Source of the DNA: Camelus dromedarius
Taxonomy: Eukaryota
Direction of reading: 5' to 3'
DNA length: 64,000 nucleotides
Assembly: GCF_036321535.1 (NCBI RefSeq)
Contig: NC_087436.1
Location: 72,604,001 to 72,668,000 of the forward strand
The notes below the pieces were generated by a model, which was given only the letters and a program-made list of their open reading frames with translations, was not told the DNA's origin and ran no database searches. The translations under genes were made by a program, and so were the position numbers. Shown in pieces: positions 1 to 11,430 of this stretch. Position 1 is the first letter of the stretch; the number at the start of each line of letters is the position of its first letter.

Positions 1-1324
1 TTGTATCCTGTGAGTCATCGGCATCACTTCCTGCTGGCACAGTTGGCCATTTCACTGAAACAAATCCCTGAAAGGTGAAGGTAGACAGATGGACAGGAGC
101 TTTAGACACCTGAAGCCCATTTGGAAATTTAACAGAAATAGTGGCCTCCAAAGGGACTTTTATTTTCATAACATTATTGAAATAGACGTTCTAACGGCCA
201 GTTTTGAGTTTTCAGATCCTCTGCCCCATTATCATTTAGAACAGAATTCTTCTGTGTCTTAGTTACCAATGTGGAGCTGGCCACCAGATCTGTTTACTGA
301 CCCTCTGGTATTTCAGAATCTTTAACATCATAGTGAATTATTTTCTTAGCAAGGACCCATGGTCAAGATCAAAAACTCAAATGTAGTATTTGCAGTTGAA
401 TTACAGAAAGATTATCATGGTCAAATGACAGTAATGTCATGAAAAGCTGAAAGATTAGTGGAATATATGGATATGACTTTAGCATCTATTCTTTCCCTGT
501 ATGACTTTAAAATAATGAGTTGTGATTTATAAGGGTGACAGGGTGGTAGATATCAAAATTCTCCATGGCTGGGCTGTTTCAGTCGTTTGATTACTTCCAC
601 TTACTCCTTTTCTGTATTTTGCAACACTCAGGGGCAGAGATGAAGTTGAGGGAAGTTTGAGAACCACTCTTTTAAAGCAATAGAGCTGTGTAGATGGACA
701 CATGATTTAGAACCAATTTTGCTAGTTTGTTGGCTATGTACATCTGTTGGAAATATAGTCTAAACACTTTCATTTGATAGAAGCATCTAAAATTATTTAT
801 AATTTCCTCTGTAAAATACCCGGATGTTGGATTAATGTATCAAGTCTCACAGAAACCATCCTGAGTGATGGACTATGTCCAAGGGAGCGTCACAGGTTAG
901 GCCAGCCCAGTTTTTGTAGAGGCACGCCCTGCCCTGAACATTCTTTAATTCATAAAAGCAAATATTTCACTTGTGGCCTGGCCAGCTGGGACACAGTTTC
1001 CAACAGTGGAAAAACTAACAATACTAAAAACCTTTGAGGAAAAAAAAAAAAAAAAAAGACTACAAAGCAACACCTTAAAGAAATTAGCTTAATTCTATAA
1101 TAGTTGCAGTTGTAAGCAATTCTGAGCAGGAAAGACTAGGGTCTGATTTGTGCTAAGGATAAAGAAATGATTCTTTGCAGATAGAGAAATGTGCATTTGC
1201 ACCACGGACCTGGATGGCCCTTTTGCAGTGGGAGAATTGGTAATATCTCCTCCCATCACTGAAGAAGCATGGAGGAGTAGGAGCATCATGGATATAAAAA
1301 CACAGATCGAGAACTCTTCAGAAG

Positions 1325-1448
1325 TTGCAGGTCAAAATTATATTGAGAAGTAGAACAAAATTGGCTTGGATGAGAATCTAGCTCATTGCAGGTCAAAATT
1401 ATATTGAGAAGTAGAACAAAATTGGCTTGGATGAGAATCTAGCTCATT
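1325..1448. repeat. Perfect 61-bp tandem duplication (two copies plus TT)
   Basis: 1325-1385 is identical to 1386-1446. Confidence 0.97.
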
Positions 1449-2007
1449 CTTTCGAGAAGACTATGGGGACAAACTCACCTTTCTCCATCTTTGTTCAACT
1501 GACAGTGAAATCCAAACTTTAGCAATTTTTTTGTCATTTAAGAAAGATGATTTCCACCCCACCCCCACTCCGTAACAGCAATTGAAGCGTCACTTACATT
1601 GTAGGAGAAATATGGAGTGGGAAGGAGATAGTTCTAAACTTTTCAAAAGATACTTTCAAATCATTGAAAGGTTATGAGACGATGTCAAAAGATAGATTCC
1701 TAAGTTACTTTCTATGGTCACTAGATAATTGATCTTGGACAAGACATTTAATTTATCTGGGTTGAGGCTGTTTGGGGCTAATAACTGCTTCGCAGGATTG
1801 TTATAAGTGTCAAGTTTGAAACATAAGAAATCTCAAACTTTGATACTCTTGTGTAATTTAGTTTTAAATTTTTGTTTTACCCAGAGAATGTGCAGTTTTC
1901 TTAACATATACATACCTCCTCTGTTGAGAAAAAATAAAATTCTTTATTACTTAGATTTAATTATCCTTTAAAGTATCAAATTACAGAGTGATTTATAACC
2001 TTGTTAT

Positions 2008-2026
2008 AGACCAGCAGAGGGCACTA
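2008..2026 (+). promoter_or_regulatory. Candidate CTCF site in EREG intron 1
   Basis: AGACCAGCAGAGGGCACTA closely matches the CTCF core CCASYAGRKGGCRSY. Confidence 0.65.
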
Positions 2027-2369
2027 CCCACATATACTGCTGCTGGATGTTGAGTGTCATGGAGCATTCATCAAGTCTCTGGTATGTTGAACGTTTCAGA
2101 AAAATATCATTTCACTTAATTCTCCCCAAAACTCTATAAAGTAGGGAAAATTAAGATCTGGAGAAGTTAATTAATTTATCCAAAGTTACATAGCCTGAGT
2201 TTTCTCCCAGGATTGCCTTTCCACCATGTTTTGTTGCCTCCTTATGGGGTTAAATAATCTGCTTCAGTTACATTTATCCATGTTTGTTCCCTGTGATGTC
2301 CAAGCCCATTAGACTCTAGTATTATTGCCTGTTTCCAAATCTATAATGTGGCCCATTAAAGACATGGCT

Positions 2370-2540
2370 GTGTACTCTTGGGAAAGATACTTAAACTCTT
2401 TATGTCTCAGTTTTCTCATATGTCTAATGGGGAGAACAGTTGTGTCTTCTTCAAAGAGTGAGTGAGTGGATTAAATGGGACAATATAGGTAAGGAGGGTA
2501 GAACCATGCCTTCATGTAGTGCATGTTCAAGAAATGCTAA
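2370..2540. mobile_element. MIR SINE remnant
   Basis: Diverged MIR core-like sequence (…TCTCAGTTTTCTCATATGTCTAATGGGGA…). Confidence 0.6.
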
Positions 2541-3444
2541 CGGCTGCCAATTACCACCACCACCACCACCACCGATAATGTTTATTATACAGCGGTTACT
2601 CACAGAGCCTGGAAAGAGTGACTGAAGAGCAAATAGATGACTTTTAAGAAGAAGAGGCCAAACTCTCTTCAGTAAACATCCGTGCAATTAAAAGGATTCT
2701 TCTTATACTTTCTATGCAATTCAGAAACCACTTGAGTCATTCTGGTGCCTTTTTTCCAACATTTGTCTTTTCAGGGGAGACAGATGATGACAAGGCTTTG
2801 TTTAACCTCTTCCTGGGCTGACCGGATTCTAGGGGTGGATTCTAGGGCTCAGTGTGGTCCATCCAGCACGTGTGTTCATTCCCGTGTTAGATGAGATATG
2901 TTCTGACTTTAGATTACATTTTATTAATTAAAAGCTACTTTCATGTGCAATGCAAAGAGTAACTTAGGTGCTTAAAGGAACAACTAATTTATCTTAGGTT
3001 GAGAGTTCCGTTTTGTTGTTACCATACATAGAAGCTGGTTTTTTAATTTGAAGGCTTCTTTTGTGATAGATTCTGGCTTGGAGCATTGCTCTGAACACGT
3101 CATGGGTCAAACAGTGGAAATTTTCCAATTTTCCAATTGCTAAGCTTCTTAAGAAATCAAACTTCAAAATCAGGTCTTTGAAAAGGTTACTGTGAAATAT
3201 TTAGAGCAAGTCCAATCTATAACTCTGAATACAATGCCAGGGCTTTTACCCACAGAGGAGCGAGGGATTCATTTATTTTCAATTATATGCCTATTTCCAT
3301 GAATTATTTTCTTTTACGGTTTTGATGGGCCAAATTTATGATTTAATTAAAAGAACTTTATAAATACTGTAATTATGTAGAAATCTGATCAGGATTTCTT
3401 TCTTTGAAGCATTATTTATATATTTGATTTTCCTCCATAAATAG

Positions 3445-3531
3445 GTTTCCACCTTCTACAAGCAGTGCTCAGTACAACAGTGATTCCTTCATGTATCCCA
3501 GGAGAGTCCAAAGATAACTGCACAGCTTTAG
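3445..3531 (+). CDS. EREG: Epiregulin exon 2 (87 bp; signal peptide end and pro-region, (G)FHLLQAVLSTTVIPSCIPGESKDNCTAL)
   Basis: AG acceptor at 3443-3444 and GTAAGC donor at 3532. The manual translation matches proepiregulin. Phase is compatible with exon 3. Confidence 0.96.
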
Positions 3532-4483
3532 GTAAGCCCAGATTTGTCGGTGTTGCATCAAAGAATTACACGTTCTTAGCAGAAATGTAAACTCAAAGAC
3601 TATAAATACATGATAGTGGGGAAAAAAGGAGGGGATAACAGAAGAATTGTTAAAACGTCCCCCCTCCAACGAACTAGTGATCTGAAAAAATTATATAAAG
3701 GAATAACCAGAGGCAGAAGGACTGAACATCTAGTTATATATAAAGATTTGATTTTAAAGAGGTAAGGAACAAAGAAAATCAGCACTCTCTAGAGGTTTGG
3801 TCTTCCTCCCTTCCTTTTTTTGGTTATTTAAACAAGAGTATTACATTCAAGATGCTTTGTTCAAGATGCTTTGTGTGACTGTTTCACAAGCATATTTCAC
3901 ATTTTAATATCTAAAACATTCTAAGTTGAATTTTATGTGTAGGTTGCAACATTATTCTAAAGAGGCTCCTGCTTTTATTGCTGTATTTATGTAGCCAAGG
4001 CGTTTGTAACTCACGTCAGGTCTCATCTTTAGAGATGTTGAGAGACTTTGATTGATTTCCCAAACCTCAAAAGATTGGGAACGCACACAGAGATAAGCTT
4101 TGCTGGCTTAAAACCCACTATAGAATTAAGCTTTCTTAAATTAATTAATGGATTCAGCCTGCCATTGCTTTTGGAGTAATGTCAGGATTATTTTGAGATT
4201 TGAAAAAATCACCCTGACTTTGTCTGGATAAGTGAATAACTGTGATTTTTGTGTATATGTCTTAAACTTACCTTTTCGATCCTTAAAGGTTGTCTTTTGG
4301 GAATTATATCCCCAGGTTTTATATTGTTTTGTTTAGTCTGTTGGACAGTTTTTAGGGGGTCAGATGTGTGTTTATTGGTAATCACAGTGACTTCCTAGTC
4401 CTGAAAATACCTGACTGGCTTTGTTATAGCAGCTCAGTGGTTACTATTATGAAAGGGTTATTACTACTTTAAAGAAAGCAACA

Positions 4484-5346
4484 CTGCTGCACTTTGGTGC
4501 AGCCATTGTGGAAAACAGTATGGAGATTCCTCAAAAGACTAGGAATAGACTTACCGTATGACCCAGGAATCCCACTCCTGGGCATATATCCAGAAGGAAC
4601 CCTACTTCAAAATGACACCTGCACCCCAATGTTCATAGCAGCACTATTTACAATAGCCAAGACATGGAAACAGCCTAAATGTCCATCAACAGATGACTGG
4701 ATAAAGAAGATGTGGTGTATTTATACAATGGAATACTATTTAGCCATAAAAACCGACAACACAACACCATTTGCAGCAACATGGATGTCCCTGGAGAATG
4801 TCATTCTAAGTGAAGTAAGCCAGAAAGAGAAAGAAAAATACTATATGAGATCGCTCATATGTGGAATCTAAAAAAAAAACCAAAACATAAATGCAAAACA
4901 GAAATAGACTCATAGACATAGAATACAAACTTGTGGTTGCCAAGGGGGTGGAGGGTGGGAAGGGACAGACTAGGATTTCAAAATGTAGAATAGATAAACA
5001 AGATTATACTGCATAGCACAGGGAAATATATACAAGATCTGTGGTAGCTCACAGCGAAAAAAAATGTGACAATGAATATATGTATGTTCATGTATAACTG
5101 AAAAATTGTGCTCTACACTGGAATTTGACACAACATTGTAAAATGACTATAACTAAATTAAAAAAAATAAAAATAAAAATAAAAAATGACCTATCAAAAG
5201 AGCTGGTAAGTGCATCAGGATATGTTTCAAGAACATTTGTTAATGAAATTCATAATCAGAATAGTAAAAACATATAATGAAACTATTACTATTACTGTAA
5301 TTTTTTTCTTCACATTAAATAAATTTATATATATTCATATAAAAAA
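4484..5346 (+). mobile_element. Young 5'-truncated LINE-1 (ORF2 C-terminus, 3'UTR, A-tail, 3' transduction) in EREG intron 2
   Basis: ORF 4494-4871 ([13 protein letters not shown]...QPKCPSTDDWIKKMW) is an uninterrupted L1 ORF2p C-terminus. A perfect 13-bp target-site duplication (TSD) AAAGAAAGCAACA lies at 4471-4483 and 5347-5359, at a TTT/AAAG endonuclease-type site. Confidence 0.95.
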
Positions 5347-5390
5347 AAAGAAAGCAACAGAACTTACTTAACTTTCCATTTCTTTTACAG

Positions 5391-5514
5391 TTCAGACAGA
5401 GGACAATCCACGTGTGGCTCAGGTGTCAATCACAAAATGTAGCTCTGATATGAATGGCTACTGTTTGCATGGACAGTGCATCTACCTGGTAGACATGAGT
5501 GAAAATTACTGCAG
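5391..5514 (+). CDS. EREG: Epiregulin exon 3 (124 bp; first part of EGF domain, VQTEDNPRVAQVSITKCSSDMNGYCLHGQCIYLVDMSENYCR)
   Basis: Polypyrimidine tract ending TTTTACAG and GTAATA donor. It contains the mature N-terminus VSITKC and EGF cysteines 1-4. Confidence 0.98.
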
Positions 5515-6142
5515 GTAATATGCCAAATACAAACAAACAGAAGCAATTTTTAAAAAACCTATATTTCTCTATTTTTTTTAAGTTACTCTATTATTTTCAT
5601 GGGCTGCAACTTATATGTACTATTGGCATGCCGTTTATATGTACTATTAAAAACTTTATTAAGTGATTTTTTTTTTAAACTAGGGAACAAATAGTAGAAC
5701 CAACAGTAATTATCAAATTGTACAGATTCTTTGGGGGTGCAGAATGGGGAGGGCTTCCGGTGCCTTCCTCTCACACTTGCCACAGTAGCAGCTCAGCTTT
5801 TAATCTTTTCTCTGGACTTACGTGCCAGCCACTGTTATAAGAATTGATTCCACTGATTTATACGAAAAGCACCTCAAACCTACAAAACTTAAAAGGCACC
5901 GTTTTCAGCCACCTCAGCAGCTGAATCAGACTATCGTTTTAATACCACAACTGAGCTTGAGGGCTATGTGGGGCTCTTTTATCAAAGCTGGCCCAGGTTT
6001 AAGGTCAGCCTTTGAATTCATCTTTACAACTTTTGGCAAACCTTGCATGATAGTGTGAGATTAGCTCTTAGCTCTTACCAAACTAATTCAGAACCTTGAT
6101 TTCTTTTTTAAATAACTGATCTTTCTGTGCATTTTCCTTTAG

Positions 6143-6292
6143 GTGTGAAGTGGGTTACACCGGTGTCCGATGCGAACACTTCTTTTTAACCGTCCAACAA
6201 CCTCTGAGCAAAGAATATGTGGCTTTGAGTGTGATTCTTGTTATCTTGTTCCTCGTCTTAGTCGCTGGTTCCATATATTATTTCTGCAGATG
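6143..6292 (+). CDS. EREG: Epiregulin exon 4 (150 bp; EGF end and transmembrane helix, CEVGYTGVRCEHFFLTVQQPLSKEYVALSVILVILFLVLVAGSIYYFCR)
   Basis: TTTTCCTTTAG acceptor and GTAAGC donor. It has the CxxGYxGxRC EGF motif followed by a hydrophobic segment. Confidence 0.98.
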
Positions 6293-7229
6293 GTAAGCCA
6301 GCATTTTCTTTTTTTTTTTTTAACGTTCTACTTTTGTAAATTACATTTATACAATACATTACAAATTTGATAAAAATATGGCAAAGCATTATTTAGTGGG
6401 ATAAGACAGACTCTGCATTGATGATATTTGTAAAGAAGTTTTAGCAGCCGAATGTCTGGATTTGACTATATTATTGGCTCTGTTATTTATTATCTCTGTG
6501 ACTTTATGCAAGTCAAACTGGGAGTATCAATTCCTTTCTCTACAAAATACAGATGGAAATCCTTATCCTTAATGACAGAACTGCTTTCAGTATTGAATAT
6601 AACACATGTGAAAGTAAACTGTAAGGCACCATGCCAATGTTAAACTTAGTCACTTGTATTTAATTTAGTAGGTCAAATTTTGTACTTCATAAAACACGTT
6701 TTATAAATCAATAACCCCGAGGCTTAAGATTTTGAAATTTAAGGCAGACTAGTAGAAATGAGTTTCCAGGTAATTATAAAAGTTTAATTTTAAAAACTGG
6801 TTTGTGTCAGTCCCCAGAACCTCCATCTTCATCACTCCATCTTCAGGTACAATATTGTACTGACATATGCTGATAACTGATAGAATATAGAGTGGGCACT
6901 GAAATACCGACAGTCCATCGGATTGTCAGTTTTTTAGGATTAGGACCAGGATTTGGGAACAGTGTGACTTAATTAATAATAACTGCCTGTAAAATGTCTC
7001 CATGAAATCCTTCTTATTTTGGAACTGACACAAATGTTTTAGGGTAGGTTTGAGTGAATTTTATTTTATTTTTTGCTGAAAGTAATGCACCTTTACTTTG
7101 AAAGCCTGAAAGTGTGCTGTTATTACAAGATTAAATTTATTTTGCCCATGTTTGATTCTAAGTATTCATCAAATGATAATGCCTTTTTAAATTAGTTATA
7201 GTCACAGAACTGCATATTATCAAAACTGA

Positions 7230-7670
7230 AATACACTTGAAAGGTCTTTGATTACAATCCTTTTCTTTATAAAGGGGGGAAAATAAGACCCAGAGAGGTC
7301 AATTTGTATGGTCCAGCTCATTTAGCTGATAAGTGGCAGAACTGAGCCTAAATAAAAACTTTCTAATCTTATTCTTCTATGAAGCAAAAACATTATGCAG
7401 TTTCCTCAGGGCTACAAGCTTTATCTCCAAAATGGGTAGAAAATGAACTCAGAATATTAGGAAGATAGCTTTAATGATTGAGTAAATGAAGATTCTGAAT
7501 CATGATAAATATATGAATCCTAGATGGAAGAACTTGGCTAGGTTATGTAACCCATTTTTACTTCACTTTCTTTGTCTGTAAAATGAAGATGATAATGATA
7601 AATGTGAGGATAAAATAAATAATGACCATAAAGCACTTGGAACATTGTCAGTCACCTAATGAGTGACATC
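7230..7670. mobile_element. Two MIR remnants in opposite orientation (EREG intron 4)
   Basis: MIR-like motifs AAATAAGACCCAGAGAGG and TTTGTCTGTAAAATGAAGATGATAAT. Confidence 0.55.
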
Positions 7671-7733
7671 ATTGTGATGGGTAGAATGTAATAATGTAGT
7701 GTGATATTCAGAATATGTGTACTTTAATAATAT

Positions 7734-7858
7734 AGGAAAGAAGGAAGGAAGGAAAGGAAAGGAAGGAAGGAAAGAAGGAAGGAAGAAAAGAAATGAAGGA
7801 AGGAAGAAAGAATGAAAGAAAGAAAGAAAGAGAAGGGAAGACAGAAAAAGAAAAAAAG
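7734..7858 (+). repeat. (GGAA)n/(GAAA)n polypurine tract in EREG intron 4
   Basis: Directly visible and almost entirely purine. Confidence 0.9.
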
Positions 7859-8168
7859 CTAAAACAGCCGAGGATTTAATGTGGTCACACGCTTTCCTGA
7901 AATTTTACAATTTCATCATCTAATGTGAAAGCCTCTGAGAAGTCCTTTAACTGCATTTCACCATTTCCTCCCAAAATTGTTTGTCCATAAATACTAACCC
8001 CTCCTCCCCTTTTTTTCTCTCGTGTCCAGCCTAAACCTATTCACCTCTGTCATTTTGGAAATGCTATGCTAATGTACCTTTCGAGTGCATATATTTGTTT
8101 CGTTAACATACTTTGTTCTTATTACGGTGAACTACAGTGCTAACAGCTTCATTTCTGAATATTTCTAG

Positions 8169-8250
8169 TTATAGAAATCGAAAAGGCAAAGAACCAAAGA
8201 AGGAATATGAAAGAGTGACCTCAGGGGACCCGACGTTGCCACAAGTCTGA
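8169..8250 (+). CDS. EREG: Epiregulin exon 5 coding part (cytoplasmic tail (C)YRNRKGKEPKKEYERVTSGDPTLPQV*)
   Basis: TTTCTAG acceptor ending at 8168 and TGA stop at 8248-8250. The tail matches the proepiregulin C-terminus. Confidence 0.95.
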
Positions 8251-11200
8251 ATGGTGCCATTAAGCTTCTGAGCAGGGATGCACTGCATGGCTAATTATGT
8301 TAATATTCCTATTTTATTAATAATATTTATGTGGGGTCATGTGTTAAGTCAACAATGATGTATTTTTAATATACTAAGAAAAGTTTTTATTTTTGTTTTA
8401 TTTTTGACAGACTATTTGCTAATGTATAATGTATACGCAATATTTAATGTAGAAAGAAAATGGTTATTTTTGTAAAAAAAAGTTATTTCCTGGGCTAAAT
8501 GCTTTACCGAAAGCTTCAAAGCATATTTACTGGCTGCGTAAAACTCAGGAGAAGGTGATGCCCCGTACATTGTTAATAAGTATCAGCAAATGACAGATTT
8601 CTGTAAGCCTAGATATACGGTCAAATCAATTTAATAAGTATATTTTTCTGCTCCTCAAATCAATGATAATTGTTTTGACTATATCATGGTTTGATGTAAA
8701 AGTTGGCACCACTGGGGCATGTATTAAAACGGTAATGCTGTGGGAACTGGGGAGAAGCAAATATAGATCGTGTGCTACATGCTACACACTGGAAACAAAC
8801 TAAACCCAGGAGGCTATCCCCCCTCCACCTGTATCTTTAGCTGTAACTCGCTCTTTATTCACCTGGAGGGAAAGTGGACAGTTCTCTATTCTAACCCACA
8901 ACTCCTAAGATGCTCGTCAACCATGTAGCAGATTCTCCATAAGAAAATGGACTGGGAACATTATTTTATACCATCTTTTATGTAAATAGTATTTTATAGC
9001 TTCACAGTTTGTTTTTTTTTTTTTTAGTACAGCATTTATGTGAGGTAACTGTTGCTCATGAGACAAAAAAATAATTCACACATGAAGCCAAAATCCGTGC
9101 TTCTGTTTAAGACTATTTCTACAGGGACTTTGCTGAAGAATTCTAAGATTAAATCATAGTCCAAGATCTGATGGATTGATATTATTTTAATTATTATTTT
9201 AAGCACTGTAAGACAGTAGTACTATATATTGTCTAAAGTTGGAAATACAGTTATTTCATTTTCTATTCAAGAGAGTTTAAACTTAAAACAATGCAGTAAG
9301 TAAAATGATATATTTAAAATTACATCCTGATCAAAGAAGTGGGGAAAATACGAAAAATATCCTAGTGTATTTTTCCAAATGAATACATTCATTTGAAAAC
9401 TTTTAAAATGTGGAGACTTAACCACACTTTCCTATGGAGGCTGAGATGAAACCAGGGTCCTGTTGTTTGTCTTTTATTTTTTTGAAAGAGACTAAGATTT
9501 CTCCTATGCTTTGAGCCCATGGTCTCAGTGAGTTCATAAGGGTACTTGGCACAACCACATAAGGAGGCACAGCTGTCACCACCTGCAGTCTCCTGGGAGA
9601 CTGTGTTATTGAATGCTGGACCTTTGGGGACAATGTTTCAGGATCCCATACCTGGTCAGGGAGGATCTCTTCTTTCACCTTTTTCCTTGGAATATGCTAG
9701 GGCAACAAAGAGGAAATAAGTGATGGCTGACTTCTGAAGTGCCAGGTGCCAGGATTTGCCTCCATACGTATTCCTGCCTTATATACCCTGATGCATTCAT
9801 GTGACTGTCATCCAAAGTCCTGGGTCTGGCCCTCACTGTGAGGAGAACAAACAGATAAAACCATCATTTGTTGCTCTATCAACAATATATAAAACTTAAA
9901 AACAAGATAAAGAGAAATTAAATAAAATTCAGTAAGATCTAAAAGGATTTTTCTGTTTTTCACTAATACAGCTTAAATCCTGCACACACTTATTGACGTC
10001 TACTGCATGTAAAGGAGGTTTGCTTATTTTGAGTAATTTTGATTGCGTCAAAGAAAATTTCTTGACGAACCAAGAATTTAACTACAATCTATTTATTTTA
10101 TTACAAAAAGAGAGTCATATTGGTTTATCTTAAGCATCTCAGTTCATACTACGTAATTAATTTTAAGTAGTATTTTGGGGTGTTTTTTAACCCTTCTTTA
10201 AGAATGCTTAAAAAACTAACCCCTGCAAAAGTTAAATTTTTTCTTATAAACGCATATTAAATGATAAAAAGGTTTGACACAGATCTCTTTAATGGATGAA
10301 AAAAAAATCATTGTGTTAATGAGGACAATGTTGAGCAAACTTGAAAAATGATTGCTATCAGCTCATGTTTCCTACAAACAGTGGAAAAATTTTGGCTCAC
10401 ATTTAGTCTCTCTTCCTTATTCTACATATTTCTCACTATATGTATTTGCAGAAGGCGCCATGAGAACAAATGCAAATCCAATGCATAAATGCATAATTTG
10501 TGGCTTTCCACCGAGGCCACACAGTAACCCAGTTGACGTACTCTATAACCAGAGACATAAAGTTCTATGATTGGTACAAGATTCAACCTCACAGTTAAAA
10601 TTTGTGTAATATATTAAATATTAAAAATACAATCAAATGCTACTGTTCTTTTGGACATTCTTTTACTCTTATATTTGCCAAAGTCAAAGCAAGTGGAGAA
10701 ATAGTGCACTAGTATGACAGATTTTTATTTTTGAGTCTGAGAAGAGAGTTAACTAAATTCAACTGCCATGAGATAACAAATTAATCAATTTTTATGTAGC
10801 AAATACATACTAGTTTCTAATTTCTGTTGAATTTAATAGCATAGTTTTTAAAAACTCTTGTCTGACCCACCTTGCCATTTTTGCTGCAATATTCATTCTG
10901 TAGACATTTAGGGGAAAATGTGTTTAATTGGCTGCCCAATATTTCGATATTTTCTAATTTTTTTCTACTCTTATTCATCTGGGCAAAGGGGGAGTAACAA
11001 TTTGTATGAGCAGTGTTGCTGGAATACAGTTTAATCTTTTAACTGAAGAATAAATTTATCCAAAATATATGTTATTCAAATTGGATGATATTAAATGTAA
11101 GACAGTGAATTTCTCACTGCTTTCTTTGCACTCTGTAATTGCACTTTTCAAGTCTGAAGAGCCATTTTGGTATACAGCTTATATTAAAGATGCTATGGAA

Positions 11201-11430
11201 CATAAAGTTGTATTGCATACAGTTTAAAGTAACTTATTTGACAGTGAATTTTATGAGAGTACTGAATTGTATCAATTTGTTTGTGTTCAATATCAGCTTT
11301 GATAATTGTGTACCTTAAGATATTGAAGGAGAATATAGATACTTATAATATATTATTAATTTTTATTTATTTTTGTTGGAAACTGGAAAAAAAACACAAT
11401 TGAAAAATAAAAATGCATTAAACACCTTGC
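8251..11430 (+). other. EREG: EREG long AU-rich 3'UTR; end approximate
   Basis: It follows the stop codon and has AU-rich tracts (e.g. 8311-8330). AATAAA occurs at 11049-11054 and 11406-11411, with a T-rich element near 11461. Confidence 0.75.
11406..11411 (+). terminator. Probable distal EREG polyadenylation signal (AATAAA)
   Basis: Canonical hexamer preceded by TTTTTATTTATTTTTG and followed by a T-rich tract. Confidence 0.65.

Noticed and set aside
1325..1448. CRISPR-like array
   Set aside because: There are only two adjacent copies, no spacers, and the context is eukaryotic.
4494..4871. 125-aa ORF as a host gene
   Set aside because: It is the C-terminal fragment of L1 ORF2p in a 5'-truncated insertion and starts at TTG.
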